The position numbers were made by a program, and so were the translations under genes. From Archangium sp. (GTDB lineage: Bacteria > Myxococcota > Myxococcia > Myxococcales > Myxococcaceae), in assembly GCA_031367385.1 (NCBI GenBank), contig JANLPS010000446.1, positions 1 to 23,038 on the forward strand: a DNA stretch of 23,038 bases. Reading direction: 5' to 3'. Numbering within the stretch: the first letter of the stretch is position 1; the number at the start of each line of letters is the position of its first letter. The notes beneath the pieces were generated by a model that had not been told where the DNA came from, did not search any database, and worked only from the letters and a program-made list of their open reading frames with translations. This document shows positions 18,101-23,038 of the stretch, one piece after another.

Positions 18101-18798
18101 TCTCGCGTCGAATACCCGCGCTGGTGCGTGAAGCCGAGGCCCGCGGCGACCTCTACGCGGTCACCAGCCTCAAGTCGGGGCTCTCGAACGTCTCGCTGCT
18201 CGCCGCGGGAGACCCGTCGGGGGCTCGGGCGGCGGTTCGCGAGGTCATGCAGCGGTGGTCGGCGACCAGCTTTCACTTTCAACATTATTGGGCCCTGCTT
18301 TCAGAAGGGTTGATCGACCTCTACGAGGGCTCGCCCACCGAGGGGTGGAACCGCCTCGAAGCCGGCTGGGGGGCCTTGAAGCGCTCGCAACTGCTGCGAA
18401 TTCAAAATGTGCGCATCGAAGCGACGTTTCTCAAGGCGCGCCTGGCGCTGGCGACCGGGCGGGTCGGCGTGGCGCTGCAGGCGCGCAAGGCCCTCGAGCG
18501 AGAAGACATCGGCTGGGCGCGGGGCTTCGCGCTGTTGATTGCCGCCGCCACTGAGCCGAACCCCGGTGAAGTGCTCACCCAGGCCCTCAGCTGCTTCGAC
18601 CAGGAGGGCATGCGCCTGTTCGCCGCCGCCACCCGGTTGCGCCTGTCGGCGACCCAGGCGCAACCTCTGCGAGAGGCCAACGCCCGCGCCGCCCACGCGT
18701 GGATGGCGACGCAGGGCATCGTTGACCCCGAGCGCATGACGGCGGTGCTGATACCGACGCTCCCTCGCGCTTCGCTCTCTTCCGGCACCCACGGCTGA
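15172..18798 (+). CDS. Ser/Thr protein kinase fused to an AAA_16/STAND-type NTPase and a TPR-like helical C-terminus
   Basis: Kinase motifs GAGGMGIV, VALK, HRDLKPSN, DFG and GTAAYMAPE. NTPase motifs LLGREAE, Walker A GESGIGKT, Walker B FIDDVQWGD, SQGNPF and HDRLR. ATGA overlap with the upstream gene. Confidence 0.95.
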   Translation: MTEFLGTPRYQLVRQLGAGGMGIVYEVLDRDQGDRRVALKVLQRRDAESLMRLKREFRALADTRHPNLVSLYELTADDQACFFTLELVDGVDLLSWVRPGARIAADAKTGEVDATVRTPSARGAVDEARVLEVFRQLAQGVAALHAMGHLHRDLKPSNVMVTAQGRVVILDFGLVADVSGADRSLSELQGRSIVGTAAYMAPEQAAEGPLTPASDWYAFGVMLFQALSGRVPFDGQALQIMLEKQQRPAPTLFELAPDASPRLASLCTGLLRQAPDERPSAAQVLEHLGAQPPPAPTKPESRLLGREAERATLRRLFDEVRTGAVTRVVRVLGESGIGKTSLMRAWLAEVEASGAVTLTGRCSERESVPFKALDDIVDALARYLGSLSPDRVDALLPREAQALASMFPVLQRVSAFGLAPVREVRDLGEQRRRAIGALRELLSRMADRKPVVAFIDDVQWGDVDSEEVLNEVLRAPDAPALLLVVAARARENALSSLRTPMVDIELGPLPLEVCAALAGELVTGERASALARESQGNPFLLLQLARFGAASPMTLAEMTSLRLAELTDAERRLIEVTSVAGGPLPEAVALEAAKMGPSEHDTVRSLKSARLLRGTNADRLEMWHDRLRQSVLSGLTEERKLGLHKTIAEALERLSNPGQPEVELTAWHLAGAGLGERAAEATLRSAVKAGVHLAFDRAATLYERALTQLPAGDGRRQPTLVAWGDALSLAGRGVEAAAAYRQAWLASGSGSAAQTPSALELRRRAAEQLLRAGHVDEGLATIREVLKEVGMTLAPTPWRALAALAFRRLHVRLRGFAYTPRRADAVRPQDLARIDVCWSVSVGLAMVDTIRGASFQTRQLLLALDAGEPFRVSRALAAEAAFVATDGLRSKTHARGLIDRARDIAQHGGGDSGLLGLIDFCDGLTHFLVGDWAQAQALSTRAERQFSDIGAPVSWEAASARLFSVWSLFYLGEIAELSRRIPALVREAEARGDLYAVTSLKSGLSNVSLLAAGDPSGARAAVREVMQRWSATSFHFQHYWALLSEGLIDLYEGSPTEGWNRLEAGWGALKRSQLLRIQNVRIEATFLKARLALATGRVGVALQARKALEREDIGWARGFALLIAAATEPNPGEVLTQALSCFDQEGMRLFAAATRLRLSATQAQPLREANARAAHAWMATQGIVDPERMTAVLIPTLPRASLSSGTHG

Positions 18799-20099
18799 TG
18801 GCGACTCCCTCGTTTCCCTTTCTGCGGCACGGCCTCGGAGTCTCCTCGCCCTTCAGGCTCTGGGTCGGTCTGCGGCGCCGCACCGACTCGACCGATTCGC
18901 TCAAGCGCTTGCTCGAGGTGCCCCCCGTTCTCATTCTCGGTCAGGGCTCAGGGGCCGGTGCTGCTGGCCGTTTCGAACACTTTCAAGAAGCGCTTCGCCA
19001 GGGCTCCAGAGGCGATTCACGACCAGCTCGACCACGCGTTGCAGCAGACCAACGCGTCGACCCCACTTGGGTTGGTGGTACGCGACAATCGGGTCACCCC
19101 GAGCCAATGGCACCGTGACACATTGGCTGCCTCGGGCATGCTCTTCGACGCGCTCGACCGGTTGTGCGTCGCCGAGGGCCCTATTTCAAGCCGCTGAAGC
19201 TTGCCGCGCTGGCTGACGACGTGCCGCAGATGATGCTCGAGAGCCTCGTGGGTCAGGCCCCGGTCGCTGAGCTGATACGCGTGACGTTTCGGGTACTGGT
19301 CGATTTGGTCAAGCCCTCGAACCGGGCGGTCTTCGAAGACCAGTTCATGGAGCGGCTCCCAAGTTGGCTCGGGCGTGACTTTGCGGTCGACCTGGTGCTG
19401 CGTGAGCGCCTGGCCCTCACCCAGAAGATTTCAGCCATGATGCTCGAGATGCCTGTTCAGTTTGGCGAGGCAGAGGCCCGTGCAGTGGCCGACAGGCACG
19501 CGGCTGCACACCGGTCGCGTACCGTTCTCGCGAAGTCGATGGCGAGCAGCGAGGGTGCGGTCGATTGGGCCGACGTGGCGGCGGTGCTCCAGGCCGAGCA
19601 ATGGGTCGCCTTGGAGAGTCAGTTTCTCGATACCGACGCCTCGCACGCCAACACCTTGTTGGCCATAACTGCCGACGAGCGGCTGCGGTTGGCGCGCCAC
19701 GGCGTGTTGGCCACCCTGATTGCCAACGTCGCGACGCAAGCGCTCAGGGGCAACCGGTTTCACGATGCGCTGGCGCTCTTCGATGCCGCCATCGAGGGCA
19801 AGATCGACCCTGGAGCCGCAGCCAACCCGCTCTTCGCGGTGCAAGATGACAACAACCATCTTGGCATCGACCGACCACGCGCCCGGCGCTACCTCGAGCG
19901 GTGTCTGCCCCACGGCCCGCGAAACCCAACCGTGTTTCTCAATGGCGTTTTCGTCGCGATGGAGCTTGATGACCACGCGCAAGCGCTTGAGTTGCTGGGG
20001 CTGGCCAAAGCCGCCGGTCTGCCCATCAAGCAGTACAAGAACGAGCGGCTCCTGACCCCGCTGCGAGGGAGCGCCAGGTTCAACACGCTGATGCGTTAG
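18798..20099 (+). CDS. Hypothetical protein with C-terminal TPR-like repeats, broken by two compensating frameshifts
   Basis: GC3-rich coding passes from frame 18798 to frame 18958 at C6 (18921-18926) and back at GGGCCC (19176-19181), reconstructing ~433 aa. It ends in a TPR end-cap-like motif (ALELLGLAKAAG...LTPLRGSARFNTL). TGATG coupling to the kinase. Confidence 0.7.
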
Positions 20100-20416
20100 C
20101 CGAGCGGCGGGGTGCGTGCGCGAGCCGCCTGGGGTCAGCGTGACGGGTCGATCAGGTCAGGCCGTTCGGGCGCCTCACCATGAACGCGACGCCGATACCG
20201 ACGCGCGCGCGGCCTTTGCTCGCTCCCGGCTCCCTCGGCTGATGGCAGGCCGATGTTTGAAAAAGAACGTATGGCGGCTCAAGAAGCGCTCCTGGCGGGC
20301 CCGGGGGCGATTCACGACCGGCCCACCGCCCGCCGGCCAAAGCCTCGACCCCGGCGGAGTGAGGTCGCTCCAAAGACTTGGCGCTCAAGAATGTGACAAG
20401 CAGGCAAGATACGCTC

Positions 20417-21460
20417 ATGGCGAGTCAAGCCCACAGTACCGCCCACGACGTGCTCGTCATTGGCGCCGGAGTCGCCGGCCTCGAATGCGCACGCACCCTC
20501 GCGGCGGGCGGGCGCCGGGTGCTGGTGGTCGAGCGCGCGCGCGGAGTCGGCGGGCGGTGCGCCACTCGGCGCTTCGAAGACCAGCCCGTCGACTTCGGCC
20601 CACTTTTCTTGCACGGCAGCGACGCCGCCTTCGTCAACGCCGTCACCAGCGTGCCCGGAGTGACGACCCTCGAGGGCTGGCCCTACCGGGTCGAGGGCCG
20701 GGGCGCCCCGTGCCAGCCCGCCAGCCTAAGCCCTGGCGAGCGCCGCTTCGCTTTCGCTGAAGGGTTGGCTGCCTTCCCCAAGCACCTCGCGCTGGGGCTC
20801 AACGTCAAGCTGTCGACTCAGGTACTGCGTCTGTCGGTCGGCGAGCACACGATTCGGGTGCACACCGAGGCGGGCGAGGTTCTCGAAGCTTTAGACGTGG
20901 TGGTGGCCCTGGCGCTCGAGCAGAGTCGCGAGCTGTTGAGCACGATGCCGCAGAGCGCAGAGGTCGCTGGCGCGGTGGGCCTGCTCGGCATGTTCACCAG
21001 CGTGCCGTCGCTCACGGTGATCGCCGGCTATGGGCTCGAGCTGCCCACCCCCGCGTGGGACGTGCAGTACCCCGAAGACAGCGCGAGTCTGCAGTCGATC
21101 GCCCACGACTCTGCGAAGCGACGGGCGCCCCGCGCCAGAGTGCTGGTCTTTCAGGCCAGGCCGCGCTGGTCCCGCCAGCGGCTCGAGGTACCTGCCCAGA
21201 CGTGGGCCGCCGAGCTGCTTGCCGAGGCCGCGGGGCTCGTGGGGGCCTGGGTGGCCCAGCCAGTCTTCACCTCTGCGCACCGATGGAGCCACGCCCGGGT
21301 CGAGCGAGGCAATGAGCTGGCGCAGCCCATCACCGTGAGGCTGTCGCGCGGGCAGCGGCTGGGCCTGGCGGGCGATCTCTTCGCTCCAGGTGGCGGGGTA
21401 CAGGCTGCCTGGTCTGCTGGTAGAACCCTCGCTGAGCGTTTGCTCAAGGAGAACCCATGA
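20417..21460 (+). CDS. Renalase-like FAD-dependent oxidoreductase
   Basis: VLVIGAGVAGL, ERARGVGGRCATRR, DFGPLF, DSAKR, HRWSHA and AGDLFAPGGGVQAAWSAG; ~347 aa. Confidence 0.85.
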   Translation: MASQAHSTAHDVLVIGAGVAGLECARTLAAGGRRVLVVERARGVGGRCATRRFEDQPVDFGPLFLHGSDAAFVNAVTSVPGVTTLEGWPYRVEGRGAPCQPASLSPGERRFAFAEGLAAFPKHLALGLNVKLSTQVLRLSVGEHTIRVHTEAGEVLEALDVVVALALEQSRELLSTMPQSAEVAGAVGLLGMFTSVPSLTVIAGYGLELPTPAWDVQYPEDSASLQSIAHDSAKRRAPRARVLVFQARPRWSRQRLEVPAQTWAAELLAEAAGLVGAWVAQPVFTSAHRWSHARVERGNELAQPITVRLSRGQRLGLAGDLFAPGGGVQAAWSAGRTLAERLLKENP

Positions 21461-22193
21461 GTGTCCTCGTCGAAGAGAAGCTGCTCGAGCGGGTCGAGCA
21501 TGACCGTGACCACGAGTGCCCGGGCTTTGGGCCTGACAAGGTCTGTGTACGAATGGTGGCCGTCGCCCACCTGCCGACCCGCTCGGGCAACTTTCAGATC
21601 GTCGCTTTTTTGAACAACCGCGACCAGAAAGACCACATCGCCATCGTTCACGGAGATGTGGTGGGGCAGTCAGATGTCGTGACCCGGCTCCACTCCGAGT
21701 GCCTCACCGGTGACGTCATGGGGTCGCTGCGCTGCGACTGTCGAGATCAGCTCGAGGCGTCGCTGCAGCGCATCGCTGCCGAGCCCCGCGGCGTCGTGCT
21801 GTACATGCGCCAGGAGGGTCGGGGCATCGGTCTGGCCAATAAAATTCGCGCCTACGCCCTGCAGGATCGCGGCATGGACACCGTTGAGGCGAACCTGGCC
21901 CTCGGCTTTCGAGACGACGAGCGCGACTACGCGGTCGCGGCGCACATGCTCCACAGTCTGGGCATCGCGTCGGTTCAATTGATGACGAACAACCCGGGCA
22001 AGATCGGCCAGCTCGAGAAGCACGGAGTGAAGGTTGCGGCGCGGCTGCCCCACCTCCTCCCCCCAACGCCCACAACCGCTTCTACCTTGAGACGAAGGCG
22101 AAGCGCTCGGGCCACTACATCGACTTTTCCGGTCTCCCCCGCCTGCAAGAACAGAGTGACGAGGTTCGGGTCGAGGGCATGCCAGAGACGTGA
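21457..22193 (+). CDS. ribA: GTP cyclohydrolase II, frameshifted near the 3' end
   Basis: RLHSECLTGD..SLRCDC, QEGRGIGLANKIRAYALQD, DERDY and MTNNP. The conserved tail NAHNRFYLETKAKRSGH lies in the -1 frame after C6 at 22059-22064, with stop at 22191-22193. Confidence 0.95.
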
Positions 22194-22248
22194 CCCGAGC
22201 CCTCGGCGAGGTCGAAGCTGCAGAGGTCTTTCGACGACCTTTGGGCTG

Positions 22249-23038
22249 TCAGCCCGAGTGCCGCACTTTGAGCCTCGGGTGCGTGCGCTCGAGTTGCCGG
22301 GCAGCCTGAGCCGAGAGTGACGGTGCGATGAGGTCGAGCTGCTCGAGCCGGTCGAGCGCAGCACCCCAGCTCAGGTCATGCGCCGACCAGCGCAACCAAT
22401 CAGGCAAATGCACTGTCAGCCGAGTCACCCTTGCCGCCACCCGGCTCTGGAGCAGCTGCTTGACGGCCTCGGGCTCGAAGGGCCCATCGAGCTTCATGTG
22501 CTCGATTGGCCCCAGCCCCTTTGCCTCGAGAAATGGCACCGGTAGCGCGCTCGCGCTTTCATCGAGCGCAATGGTCAGCGACCTGAGCGACGGGCAGTTG
22601 GCACTGCCCAGGCTGCTCAGCACGGCCCTGCCGTCGCACATCGGGTCGATGAGCAGAGTCTCGAGCCGCAGCGCCTGCACGTCGGTGAAGTCGGGCCGCG
22701 AGCACCACAGCTCGAGGTGCCGCAGCCGAGGCAGGGCGTCGAACAACGGCTGCACCTTGAAGACCCGCTCACACCCGAAGTACTCGCCCCGGTCGCCCAG
22801 GCGAAACTCTTCGAGCGTCGCCGCCCGCCCGTCGTCGATTCGCCGAATCACGTCGCGAAAATCATCGAGGCTGCCAATGAAGCGAAGTGACCGAATCACC
22901 CACGCAGCTCGGCACTCGATGAGCGTCGAGAGCCGCCCGACGTCATGCACCGTGGCGGTGTCGATGAACCCGGCTCGCCACGTCACGTGCCCCACGTGCT
23001 TGCCCAACAGCCGGGCCCGCAACTGCTTGAAGAGCTGC
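22249..23038 (-). CDS. Leucine-rich-repeat-like protein, 5' end outside the window
   Basis: Repeated LxxLxL units (IRSLRF, LPRLRHLEL, LETLLI, CPSLRSLTI, LEQLDL). WRAGFI resembles the 'RRGF' motif of TIGR02996-type proteins. The frame is open to the window edge. Confidence 0.7.
   Translation of the reverse strand, partial: QLFKQLRARLLGKHVGHVTWRAGFIDTATVHDVGRLSTLIECRAAWVIRSLRFIGSLDDFRDVIRRIDDGRAATLEEFRLGDRGEYFGCERVFKVQPLFDALPRLRHLELWCSRPDFTDVQALRLETLLIDPMCDGRAVLSSLGSANCPSLRSLTIALDESASALPVPFLEAKGLGPIEHMKLDGPFEPEAVKQLLQSRVAARVTRLTVHLPDWLRWSAHDLSWGAALDRLEQLDLIAPSLSAQAARQLERTHPRLKVRHSG

Noticed and set aside
13325..18285. Long minus-strand ORFs (371, 422 and 504 aa)
   Set aside because: These are antisense shadows typical of high-GC coding DNA and have no recognisable motifs.
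19116..19118. TGA read-through or selenocysteine joining ORFs 18798 and 19164
   Set aside because: Codon bias shows the coding frame here is +1, so the TGA is off-frame.
20100..20416. FMN riboswitch upstream of the ribA operon
   Set aside because: Only a GGCGGGGTG fragment resembles it. The other conserved blocks (TTCCC.ACCGGCGGT, AGTCCGGATG) are absent.
1..23038. CRISPR arrays, IS elements, integrases, prophage genes
   Set aside because: No regularly spaced repeats, terminal inverted repeats, or transposase/integrase/phage motifs were seen.

Overview
GC-rich chromosomal window, most likely from a myxobacterium (Myxococcota). This is inferred from the Dsg-type IF3 with a C-terminal tail, an FHA-sigma54 activator beside a Ser/Thr kinase-STAND protein, and several lipoproteins. 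From left to right: (1) a TetR regulator divergent from a partial lipoprotein gene, with a palindromic operator between them; (2) a minus-strand run spoVG-prs-lipoprotein-GH1 glycosidase lipoprotein-membrane protein; (3) infC (probable ATC start)-rpmI-rplT with promoters and a terminator; (4) a sensor-less sigma54 activator with its own -24/-12 promoter, divergent from a decayed PAS histidine kinase; (5) histidine phosphatase-LPG synthase/flippase-small membrane protein; (6) two hypothetical genes; (7) a coupled signalling operon: FHA/degenerate-GGDEF/sigma54 activator, Ser/Thr kinase-NTPase-TPR protein, and a frameshifted TPR protein; (8) a renalase-like flavoprotein coupled to a frameshifted ribA; (9) a partial LRR-like protein. 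Four single-base frameshifts all lie in G/C homopolymers, suggesting assembly error. I saw no tRNA, rRNA, CRISPR array or mobile element. No clearly novel system is demonstrated. The best leads are the three-gene phospho-signalling operon, the exported archaeal-type GH1 cassette and the renalase-ribA pair. All family calls come from motif recognition by eye, not database searches.
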